64,000 bases of DNA from Cirrosporium novae-zelandiae (lineage: Eukaryota), in the NCBI GenBank assembly GCA_026023565.1, contig JAPETS010000028.1:1-64000 (forward strand), in the 5' to 3' direction. Positions 24,659 to 37,544 of this stretch are shown here, one piece after another. The stretch's first letter is position 1. The number at the start of each line of letters is the position of its first letter. The notes beneath the pieces were generated by a model that had not been told where the DNA came from, did not search any database, and worked only from the letters and a program-made list of their open reading frames with translations. The position numbers and the translations under genes are program-made.

Positions 24659-25222
24659 ATGAAAGTAGGTGTCCTTACCTCATGTGCCATGGCAGCATTT
24701 GTTACCATGGGTATTACCACGGCCCCTACCACCATAAGCGTTTTAAGCTCCGTCGCATCATCTACACCAACGAATAGTGAAGAAATGGCTATGATTGGGA
24801 CCACAGAGAACATTACGATCCACAAAAGAGATATGTGGGGGTATCCACGCTGTTTAGGGAAGAGTATACATAGCTGGGACTGGGTATGCGAATACGCATA
24901 TGAGGATGGACTTTTTTGGCAGAAAAAGAAGTCGGAGGTTATGAGCTACATCCCTGATAGCGCTCACTACCCCGCTGAGCAACCCATCTACTGCCAGATG
25001 TGGAAACACAGGGTTTCTGACAGGGTAGGTTGTGGGGCGACAAATTATCAATTTTTATGCTTGCTTCATAACTTTCCAAATGGCCTCTATGGAAAAGAAA
25101 TCAAAGAGGTTTTTAAGTCAATGCTGGCCGCTAATTGCTCGGTGTGTGCGGAGATACCACTGAAGAGTGTTCTGGGCGTATACCTCTGGGCGGATTTCTT
25201 TCAAAGAGGTTGGATTGGGTAA
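24659..25222 (+). CDS. Small secreted Cys-rich protein with a Kex2 pro-peptide, divergent KP4 killer-toxin-like
   Basis: Intronless 187-aa ORF with a signal peptide, Ser/Thr-rich pro-region and IHKR site. The mature part has 7 Cys and IPD..HY...PIYC / LCLLHN..G..GKEIK / NCSVCAEIPL, resembling the fungal KP4-like pattern. Confidence 0.7.
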   Translation: MKVGVLTSCAMAAFVTMGITTAPTTISVLSSVASSTPTNSEEMAMIGTTENITIHKRDMWGYPRCLGKSIHSWDWVCEYAYEDGLFWQKKKSEVMSYIPDSAHYPAEQPIYCQMWKHRVSDRVGCGATNYQFLCLLHNFPNGLYGKEIKEVFKSMLAANCSVCAEIPLKSVLGVYLWADFFQRGWIG

Positions 25223-25475
25223 AAGGTGTTATTTATAAACTTGAAATTTAAATACGATGAAACTGGTATAATATTCGTATAATTATTATACACTTAAAGT
25301 CTATGGTTTCTACTAAGGATTCCGGAAGATGCCGTGCCAAGACTAAATAGTATAACTAGAATATTTTGGATAAATTTAATAAAAGACTATATATAAAACT
25401 ACAGCTAGTAATATAATAAAAAAATAAATTAAATACGATAAACTTTTATTATCGTTAAACGGTTAATAATCGTTA

Positions 25476-28400
25476 TTTTTTTTTTTTTTTTTTTTTTTTT
25501 CATTGTTTTATGTCCATATATCACTTAGAAGCTATGACGGACTCTACTCGGGGGTTTTTAGGCCCCTTGGTATCCTTTTTCGGGCTTATTTTTAACTGTG
25601 GTGGTGGGGGTTACCCCCCTGGTTCAGCTATATAGTTTCCCCCCCTTTTTGGGTTTCCTAGAATTACCTGATTTATCTAACCGGATAGTTTTTTAGCGTT
25701 ATTTCGGTATTCGTAATTTATAAATAGGTTTATTCGCACCTATTTTCGATTTTTTCAATTTTTATTTACGTATACGTTTATCCCGTGTTTTTATTACGGG
25801 CCCAGTTTTTATTTAATATTTATTTTTGGGTCGTTTTTTCTTCCGTGTCCGGGTTCTACCCACCTTTAATCCAGATATATCTCACGATTTTCCGTTTCGT
25901 ATCTGATTTAATATTAGGGTTTTTTTATTTCCGTATCGTTTAAAAAACGTATTCAATTTTTAGAAAATTTTCGGTTTTTTAATACGAATATTAGTTTTTT
26001 TTTTTCGGCTATATTAAATTATTAATTCTTCCGTTTTTTTATTATTTCCCGTAATTAGGTTTTAATTATTTTTTAGCGCGGATATATTAATATTAAATAA
26101 AAAATATTTTAATATAGGGCCCCGTATTATTAATATTTTAGAATAATAATAATTTTCGTACGGTATATATATTCTCCGGTAACGGCGTATCCCGTTTTTA
26201 TTTAATAAAATTTATTTATTAATTTTCTAAACGTATATTTTAATATCCGATTTTTTTTATATTTCGGGTATATTCGATAAAATTTATTAAATAATTTTTT
26301 TATTTTTTAATTATATAATTAATTATACGTTTTTATAATTTATTTTTCTATTATATTACGGGTTATATAAATTAACGAAATTTATTCGGCCGTTTTATTA
26401 TTTTTTAATATCGTGTTTATTTTAATTATTTAATTTATTATTTTATTTTTTAATATTTTATAATATTTTAAAATTTATTTAATAATAATTTTCGTTTTTT
26501 AATCGATTAAATATTTAATATATTTATATATTTTTTATATAATCGTTTAATTTTTTTTTAATTTTTTTTTTTCGATCCGTTTAATAATCGTTTACGAATT
26601 AAATAATATTATTATTTTTTTTTTTAGAAATTTTATAATTATATAAATATATTTTAATTATTATTTATAAAATTATTTACGTTTTTTAAAATTTTATATT
26701 AAATATTTTTTTATTTTAATTTAAATAATATTTTTATATTATTTATAAAATTTTTTCGATTATTTTTTAAATTATTTCTATTTTTATTTTATAATTTTTT
26801 AATTTAAATCCGTCCGATTAATTTATATTTTTTTAATTTTACGTTAACGTTTCGCTGAAAATCTATTATTTTAAAAATATTATTATTTTTTTTAAAAATC
26901 TATTTTTTTCGATTATTTAAATTTTTTCGATTTTAAAATTCGGATTTATTATTTTTTTAAATTATCATTATAATTAAATATTAATTTAATATATTTTTTT
27001 TAATTTTTTAAATTTATTAAAAATTTTTTAACGATTATTTTTTTAATTAAATATTTATATTTTTTATTTTAAATATTATCGATAATATTAGATTCGTTAA
27101 ATTTTTTTCGATTTTTTAAAAATATTAAAATCTATATTTTTTTTATATAATATTTAATATTATATTTACGGGATATATATAGATTTTTTATATAATCGTT
27201 ATTATTAAAATTATTTTATAAATTTTTATTATTAATTTAATAAATTTATTTAATAATTTTTGAAATTTTATTTAATAATCGGTTTATTTTTTTTATTAAA
27301 TTTTATATTTATATATATAAATTAATATTATAATCGTTATAATTATTTAACGTATAAATCCCGTAAATAATCCGTTTCGATAATATATATATTTAATTAT
27401 ATTTTTTATATATTAAATTTTAATTAATCGTTAAATATAATAAATCTAAAAATTAAATTTTAAATTTAATTATATATTTAATTATTATATATAATTTTTT
27501 TTATATTTAATTAAATAATTATTAATCTTAATTTTCGGTTTATTATTTATTTAAATTTAATATTTATATAATTTAAAAAAAATTATAATTTTAATTTTTT
27601 AAATATTAAATTCTAATTTTTTTTTTTATTAAACCGCCGTTTTTATTATTTATTAAATAATTTTTTGGATTTGTTTATTATTTATATAAATAATCGAAAA
27701 ATTTATATTATTTATAAATAATAGAGTTTTAATTTTAAAAACCGTTTATTCTACAGCTGCGAATAGCCCGCTATAATATATTAAAAATAATATTAGGGAT
27801 ATAAATAATTTTTACGGTACCTCTATTTTTATATTAATTCGGGATTATATTTTTTTATCGATTATTAATTCGATATTTCGTTAAATTATAAAATTAATTA
27901 TTTATTTAATAATATTTTTATCGATTTTTAATTATTTTAAACGTTATATTAATTTAGATTATAATATATAATTAAACGTTTTTTTAATATTTATAAATAA
28001 AATATAAATTATTTATTTTTAATTAAATTTTTTTTTTATTTAATATATTAAATATATAAATATATTAATTATATTTTAATTATATTTCGATTTAAATTAA
28101 TTTTTATATAATTTATTTAAATTTTCGTATATATTTATTAATATATTAATTATAATTTTTTTAATTATTTTATTTAAATAATATAATAAATTTATTATTT
28201 TATAATTTTTAATTAATATTTTATTAGTCTTTCCGGATTTAAATAATAATATTTTTTAAATATATTTTTATTACGTCGGATAATATTTTAATCGGAAATA
28301 ATATCGGATTATTTCTATTATTTTATAAAAATCCTATTATTATAATATACGAAACGTTCTAAATTAAATTTTATTATATTTTAAAATTTTATTTATATTT

Positions 28401-31400
28401 TATATATATAACGTTTTTTATATTATTTTTTCGGATAATTATTAAACGAATATTTTTTTTATTAAAAATTAAAATTCGGAATTTTCTAAAAATAATAGAA
28501 AAATTCGTTTTTATATAAAAATTTTTTTATTATTAATTTTTATCGTTATTTTTTTATTTTTTATATAAAATATTAATATTAAATTTTAATTTTAAAATTT
28601 ATAATATTTTAATATTTTTTATTCCCGCTAAATATTTTCGGGATTTAAAAATTTATTTAAATCGTTTTTTTTTATATATATTTAAAAAAAATCGATTTAT
28701 TTTTTTTTTTTTTAATTTTAATTAATTTTATAAATTTTTTAAATATTATTTTAATTTTTTCGTAAATTCGGTATTTTTATTTCGTTTTTTTAAATATTAT
28801 ATAATATTCGTATTTTTTAATAATATATTCGGGATTTTATTACGTTTTCGATTAAATATATATTTATTTAAATTTTATATATTTATTTAAAATAATTTTT
28901 AATTAAATAATAATTTTTTATATTTCGTTTTTTAATTATATTTCCGTATAATTTACGATTAATATATTTTTCGTAATTAATTAAAATTTTTATTTTTATT
29001 TTATTTTAATTTATTATTAAAGATTTTTTAATAATTTTAAATTTTATAAATTTAGAATTAATTAATTTATTTTTAAATAATAATTTTTTTATTTAAATTA
29101 AATAAAAATATAATTTAAATTAATTTTTAATTTATTATTTATATTATCGGTTATTATATTTATTAATTATTTTTAAAACGGTTTTATAATAAAATTAATT
29201 ATTATTTAATTAATTATTAAATAATAAACCGATTTTTATTTAAATTAAATATTTTAAACGATATTATTTTATATAATTAAATTTTATTTTTTTATAAATA
29301 TTATTAAAAACGCGTCGTTTATATAAATAATCCGTTCGGGTTTTTATATTAAATTATAAATATTAAAATTTTTTATTAATATTATTTTATTTTTATTAAA
29401 AATAAATTTTTATTTTATATTTTATAAAATTTTTTTAAATTTTTATTATCGGTTTTATTTTTAAAAATATATATTTTTTAATTAAATTTTTTATTTTTTC
29501 GTTAATATTTATTATATTAATATTTAACGTTATAAAATAAAAATAATTAATTAAATTAATTTTTATAATTATTTTAAATATATTATTTTTTTAATTTTTA
29601 TATATAATAATAATCGTTTTTATAATTTTATTTTTAATTTAAATTTTTAATTCGGATTAATAAAAATTTTATATTAAATATAATATTTTTTTTTTTAATT
29701 TTTAATTAAATTTTTATAATAATATTATATCCGTTCCGATTTATATAATTAATTTTAAAATTACGATTATTATATTATATTTTTTATAATAATTATATTA
29801 TAATATTTTTATTTATAATTCGGATATATCGTTATTTATTTACGATATAAATATTATTAATATTTTCGATATTATTAATATTTCGAATATTATTTATATT
29901 TTTTTTTTCGTTTTTTTTTAAAATTCGGGGATTTTTAATTTTTAATTAAAATTTTTTAAATTTATTTTTTTTTTTTAAAAAAATTAATATATAAAACGAT
30001 TATATAATATTTTTTTAATATTTTTTTTTTATATATTTTATTTTTATTTTTCGGATAATTAAATATTTTCCGTTTATAATTATATAAAAATTTAAATAAT
30101 TTATATATTTTAATAAAATATATATATAAATTTTTATATACGCGGATTTATATTTTATTATTTAATATTAATAATTTTATATTTCGTATATTTCCGCGTA
30201 TATAATATATTTAAAAATTTTATTTTTATATTTTAAAAATAATTTATATTTTAATTAAATATATTTTAAATACGTTTTATTTATTTCTAATATAAATTAT
30301 CGGATATATCGAAATTTATATTTTATTAAATAATAATTTTCGATTTTTTATTTTTTATATATTATAAACGGGAATTTTATTTTAATCGAAATAATATATT
30401 TTTTTAATATAAATCCGGTTCGTATTTATTTTTAATAATATTTTTTCGATATTATTTATACGATTATCGTATCGCAGAATAATTAATATATATTTTCTAA
30501 ATTTTTTTTTATTAAATTTAATTTATTTAAATTTTTAAATATTTTTAGAAATATTTTTTATATTTTTATTTAATATAGAATTTTTAATAAATATATATTT
30601 ATTATCGTATTATTTATTTTCGTTATAATTTTTAAAATTTTTTATTTATATTTAAATATTAATATATTTATATTAATTTTTTTATTAAATATAATTTTTA
30701 AATTATTTTTTTTATTAATATAGATTTCCCGTATCCGTAATTCAGACAATACGTTTAAATTAATTAATTTGGCGTTGATCGCCGTTATTATTAATATTAT
30801 AAAATCTAAATATTCGGTTTTTTTTCTATTAAAAATCAATATTTTTTAATTTTTAGTTTCTATATCCCCGTTTACGGGATTAATACGTTTTTTTTTACGG
30901 GGTTTAATTATTTATTATTTTTTATTAGATTTATCTATTATTTTATTAGTTATTTTAATATAAATAAATCCCGTAAATTCCAGCGTTATTTTTATAAAAT
31001 TTTATTTCGGGATTTTCGGTACTAGCGATAGAATTTTTTATTTGGTTATTTTTACCGTCTATTAAAGATTTTTCTGGGTTTTTTTATCCGTTTATATTAT
31101 TATTCGCGTATTAAATATTTACGATCCGGCTATTATATTTATTCGGGATATTATTAAAAAAAATATTATTTTTTTTTTTTTATTATTTATTCGGATTTAA
31201 TTATTAAAATTATATAATTTTTATTTATAAAATTTTCCGTTCTATTATATATAATTTTTATAATTTTTATTTAAATCTATAATATTTAAATTATTATTAT
31301 AATTATTTTTTTAATTATTAAAAATTTTTATTTAATTATATATAATTTTTTTTGATTTTTTTTTTAAATTTTTATAATTTTATTATCTCGTTTTTTTAAA

Positions 31401-31887
31401 ATAATTATTCGGGTTTTTAAACCGAAAAATATTTCCCGTAATTATATCGTAAAATCGTCGGTTTTTAGAATTTAATATATTTCTTTTTTAATTACGGGAA
31501 ATATACGTATTATTATATATTTAGCCGTTTATTTAATTAAAATATCCCGGTTATTAATCTATTTTTTTTTAGAATTTTTTTTTTCGTAAAATCTTTCGAC
31601 GATATTTTTCCGTTTAATCGTTTTTTTTTTAAAATAAAAATTATAATACCGAATCGCTAGATTTTATTATAAAATTTTATTCCGATTCGTTCGATTCGTT
31701 TTTTAGGCGTTGTCGCTTTTTTATATCCGTTTAATTCTCGCTGATAATACGTATTCTTTCAGCCTCTAATATTTCCCTATTATTATTAGATTCTATAAAC
31801 CTTAAATAAACGTTAATTGTTTCGTATAATAGTCGTCACAATAGTGAATTAATTTGGTGGCGCGGGATCACCAAAAAGCGTTTTTTT
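25476..31887 (-). mobile_element. LINE copy A: full-length (~6.4 kb) Tad-like non-LTR retrotransposon, RIP-mutated, poly(A) tail
   Basis: Poly-T at 25476-25500 is followed by the family 3' end (CATTGTTTTATGTCCATATATC...). The 5' end motif TTTTTGGTGATCCCGCGCCACCAAAT is shared with the copy starts at ~44578 and ~53794. Confidence 0.85.
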
Positions 31888-31903
31888 CTATCCTTTCTAA
31901 ATT

Positions 31904-34900
31904 AAACTCTATTATTAATATCGAAGGCCCCGAAATAAATTTCTATAAAAATAACGCCGGAATCTACGGGATTTATTTATACCAAAATAATTAATAAAAT
32001 AGCAGATAAATCTAATAAAAAATAGCAAATAATTAAGCCTCGTAAAAAAAAATATACTAGTTCCGTAGATAAGGATATAAAAACTGAAAATTAGAAAATA
32101 CTGATTTTTAATAGAAAAAAAATTAAATATTCGGGTTTTATAATACCAGTAATAACGGCGATTAACGCTAAATTAATTGATTTAAACGTACCGTCTGAAT
32201 TACGGATACGGGAAATCTATATTAATAAAAAAAATAATTTAAAAACTATATTTAATAAAAAAATTAATACGGATATATTAATATCTAAATATAAATAAAA
32301 AATTTTAAAAATTATAATAAAAATAAATAACGTAATAATAAATATATATTTATTAAAAATTTTATATTAAATAAAAATATAAAAAATATTTCTTTTCTTG
32401 AGTCCGTCATAGCTTCTAAGCGATATATGGACATAAAACAATGAATAATTATTATCATCAAAAAATATTTCTAAAAATATTTAAAAATTTAAATAAATTA
32501 AATTTAATAAAAAAAAATTTAGAAAAAATTTATTAATTATTCCGAAATATAATAATCGTATAAATAATATTAAAAAAATATTATTAAAAATAGGTACGAA
32601 TTGGGTTTATATTAAAAAAATATATTATTTCGATTAAAATAAAATTCCCGTTTATAATATATAAAAAATAAAAAATCGAAAATTATTATTTAATAAAATA
32701 TAAATTTTAATATATCCGATAATTTACGTTAAAAATAAATAAAATATATTTAAAATATATTTAATTAAAATATAAATTATTTTTAGAATATAAAAATAAA
32801 ATTTTTAAATATATTATATACGCGGAAATACACGAAATACAAAACCATTGGTATCGGATAATAAAATATAAATCCGTGTATACGGGAATTTATATATATA
32901 TTTTATTAAAATATATAAACTGTTTAGACCTTTATATAATTACGGACGGAAAATATTTAATTACCCGAAAAATAAAAATAAAATATATAAAAAAAAAACG
33001 CCGAAAAAACGTTATATAATCGTTCTATATATTAATTTTTTTAAAAAAAAAAATAAATCTAAAAAATTTTAATTAAAAATCAAAAATTTCTAAATTTTAA
33101 AAAAAACGGAAGAAAAATATAAATAATACCCGAAATATCGATAATACCGAAAATATCGGTAATATTTATATCGTAAATAAATAATAATATATCTAAATTA
33201 TAAATAAAAATATTATAATATAATTATTATAAAAAATACGATATAATAATCGTAATTTTAGAATCGATTATATAAATCAGAATAAATATAATATTATTAT
33301 AAAAATCTAATTAAAAATTAAAAAAAAAAATATTATATTTAATATAAAATTTTTATTAATCCGAATTAAAAATTTAAATAAAAAATAAAATCGTAAAAAT
33401 AATTATTATTATATATAAAAATCGAAAAAATAATATATTTAAAATAATTATAAAAACCGATTTAATTAATTATTTTTATTTTATAACGTTGGATATTAAT
33501 ATAATAAATATAAATAAAAAAATAAAAAATTTAATTAAAATAATTAATATTTATAATTAAAAATTAAAAAAACGTATATTTTTAAAAATAAAATCGATAA
33601 TAAAAATCTAAAAAAATTTTATAAAATATAAAATAAAAATCTATTTTTAATAAAAATAAAATAATATTAATAAAAAATTTTAATATTTATAATTTAATAT
33701 AAAAATTTAAATAAATTATTTATATAAACGACGCGTTTTTAATAAAATTTATAAAAAAATAAAATTTAATTATATAAAATAATATCGTTTAAAATATTTA
33801 ATTTAAATAAAAATCGGTTTATTATTTAATAATTAATTTAATAATAATTAATCTTATTATAAAATCGTTTTAAAAATAATTAATAAATATAATAATCGAT
33901 AATATAAATAATAAATTAAAAATTAATTTAAATTACGTTTTTATTTAATTCGAATAAAAAAATTATCGTTTCAAAATAGATTAATTAATTTTAAATTTAT
34001 AAAATTTAAAATCGCTAAAAAACCTTTAATAATAAATTAAAATAAAATAAAAATAAAAATCTTAATTAATTACGAAAAATATATTAATTATAGATTATAT
34101 AGAAATATAATTAAAAAACGAAATATAAAAAATTATTATATAATTAAAAATTATTTTAAATAAATATATAAAATCTAAACGAATATATATTTGATCGAAA
34201 ATATAATAAAATCCCGAATATATTATTAAAAAATATAAATATTATATAATATTTAAAAAAACAAAATAAAAATACCGAATTTATAAAAAAATTAAAATAA
34301 TATTTAAAAAATTTATAAAATTAATTAAAATTAAAAAAAAAAAAATCGATTTTTTTTTAAATATATATAAAAAAAACGATTTAAATAAATTTTTAAATCC
34401 CGAAAATATTTAATAAAAATAAAAAATATTAAAATATTATAAATTTTAAAACTAGAATCTAACGCCGGCGTTCCGTATAAAAAACGAGAAAATAATAATA
34501 GAAATTAAAAATAAAAAAACTTTTATATAAAAACGAATATTTCTATTATTTCTAAAAAATTCTGAATTTTAATTTCTAATAAAAAAAAATATTCGCCTAA
34601 TAATTATCCGAAAAAACGGTACGGAAACTATTATGCGTATAAAATATAAATAAAATTCTAAAATATAATAAAATTTAATTTAAAATATTCCGTATATTAT
34701 AATAATAAAACCCTAATAAAATAATAAAAATAATCCGGTATTATTTTTAATTAAAATATTATTCGACGTAATAAAAATATATTTAAAAAATATTATTATT
34801 TAAATCTAAAAAAATCGATAAAATATTAATTAAAAATTATAAAATAATAAATTTAAATCAAAATATAATTAAAATATAATCGATATATTTATATATTTAA

Positions 34901-37431
34901 TATATTAAATAAAAAAAAATTTAATTAAAAATAAATAATTTATATTTTATTTATAAATATAAAAAAAACGTTTAATTATATATTATAATCTAAATTAATA
35001 TAATATTTAAAATAATTAAAAATCGATAAAAATATTATTAAATAAATAATTAATTTTATAATTTAATAAAACGTCGAATTAATAATCGATAAAAAAATAT
35101 AACCCCGAATCAATATAGAAACAGAAGTATTATAAAAATCATTTATATCTCTAATATTATTTTTAATATATTGCAGCGGGCTATTCGTAGTCGTAAAATA
35201 GGCGGTTTTTAGGGTTAAAACTCTATTATTCGTGGACGACGTAAATTTGTCGATTATTTATATAAATAATAAATAAACCCGGAAAATTATTTAATAAATA
35301 ATAAAAACGGCGGTCTAATAAAAAAAAAAATAAATTAAAATTCGATATTTAAAAAATTAAAATTATAATTTTTTTTAAATTATATAAATATTAAATTTAA
35401 ATAAATATTAAATCGATAATTATTTAATTAAATATAAAAAAAATTATATATAATAATTAAATATATAATTAAACCCGAAATTTAATTTTTAAATTTATTA
35501 CGTTTAGCGGTTAATTAAAATCCGATATACGGAAAATATAATTAAATATATATATTACCGAAATAAATTATTTACGGGATTTACGTATTAAATAATCGTA
35601 ATAATTATAATATTAATTTATATATACGGATATAAAATTTAATAAAAAAAATAAATCGATTATTAAATAAAATTTTAAAAATTATTAAATAAATTTATTA
35701 AATTAATAATAAAAATTTCTAAAATAATTTTAATAATAATAATTATATAAAAAATCTATATATATCCCGTAAACGTAATATTAAATATTATATAAAAAAA
35801 ATATAGATTTTAATATTTTTAAAAATCGAAAAAAATTTAACGAATCTAATATTATTAATAATATTTAAAATAAAAAACGTAAATATTTAATTAAAAAAAT
35901 AATTATTAAAAAATTTTTAATAAATTTAAAAAATTAAAAAAAATATATTAAATTAATATTTAATTATAATAATAATTTAAAAAATAATAAATTTAAATTT
36001 TAAAATCGAAAAAATCTAAATAATCGAAAAAAATAATAATATTTCTAAAATAATAAATTTTTAACGAAACGCTAATATAGAATTAAAAACACGTATATTA
36101 ATTAAATAAATCTAAATTAAAAAACCGTAAAATAAAAATAGGAATAATTTAAAAAATAACCGAAAAGATTTTATAAATAATACGGAAATATTATTTAAAT
36201 TAAAATAAAAAAATATTCGATATAAAATTTTAGAAAATATAAACGGCCTTATAAATAGCGGTTAAAATATACCTAAATAATTATAAAATTCCCGAAAAAA
36301 AAATAATAATATTATTTGATTCGCAAACGGCTATTAAACGGATCGAAAAAAAAAATTAAAAAAAATTAAATAATTATATAAAAAATATACGAATATACCA
36401 GATATTTAATAAATCAAAAAATAAAAATCGCTATTAAATAGGTTCTAAAATATTATAGAATATTAAAGAACGAAATAATAAATTAAACGGCCAAAATAAA
36501 TATAATATTAAAAAATAATAAAATAACTAAATAAATTTCGTTAATTTATATAATCCGTAATATAACGGAAAAATAAATTATAAAAATATATAATTAATTA
36601 TATAATTAAAAAATAAAAAAATTATTCGATAAATTTTATCGAATATATCTAAAATATAAAAAGAATTAGGTATTAAAATATATATTTAAAAAATTAATAA
36701 ATAGATTCTATTAAATAAAAACGGGATACGCCGTTATTAAAGAATATATATATTATATAAAAATTATTATTATTCTAGAATATTAATAATACGGGGTTTT
36801 ATATTAAAATATATTTTATTTAATATTAATATATCCGCGCTAAAAAATAGTTAAAGCCCGTTTACAGGGAATAATAAAAAAATAAAGGGATTAATAATCT
36901 AATATAGCCGAAAAAAAAAACTAATATTTATATTAAAAAACCGAAAATTTTTTAAAAATTAGGTGCGTTTTTTAAATAATACGGAAATAAAGAAACCCCA
37001 GTCCTGAGCTAAATATAAAACGGAAAATCGTAAAACGTACCTGGATTAAAAATAGGTAGAACCCGGATATAAAAAAAAAAACGATCCAAAAATAAATATT
37101 AAATAAAAAATTGGGCCCGTAATAAATACGCGGGATAAACGTATACGTAAACAAAAACTGAAAAAATCGAAAATAAATACGAATAAATTTATTTATCGAT
37201 TACGAATACCGAAATAGCGCTAAAAAATTATCCGGGTAAATAAATTAGATAATTTTAGGAAATCTAAAAAAAGGGGGAAACTATATAACCGAATCAGGGG
37301 GGTGATCCCCATTATTTTAGCTAAAAATAAGCCCGAAAAAGGATACGAAAAAATCTAAAAACCCCCGAATAGAGTCCATTATAGCTTCTAAACGGTATAT
37401 AGATATAAAACAATGAATAATCATCATCATC
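31904..37431 (+). mobile_element. LINE copy B: 5'-truncated, RIP-mutated, ending in an AATAAT(CAT)n tail
   Basis: Reverse complement of copy A from ~31040 downwards. RT catalytic relic TTCGTGGACGAC (FVDD) at 35229-35240. Ends ACAATGAATAATCATCATCATC. Confidence 0.85.
32394..32459 (+). mobile_element. ~66-bp extreme 5'-truncated LINE 3'-end insertion with 13-bp TSD
   Basis: GAGTCCGTCATAGCTTCTAAGCGATATATGGACATAAAACAATG plus tail, flanked by AAAAAATATTTCT at 32381-32393 and 32460-32472. Confidence 0.85.
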
Positions 37432-37544
37432 AATAATCGTTATAAAAAACCTGGTTTAAAAAAGAAACTGCCCGCTATTTAATAATAGATTTAACACTAA
37501 TCAACCCCGCAATAAGGTCGCTCTAAAGGTGATCGGCGGATAAA

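Noticed and set aside
25606..25619. GGGGG-TTA-CCCCC hairpin near the LINE 3' end as an RT-recognition stem-loop
   Set aside because: It is short, may be coding, is degraded by RIP in other copies, and there is no covariation evidence.
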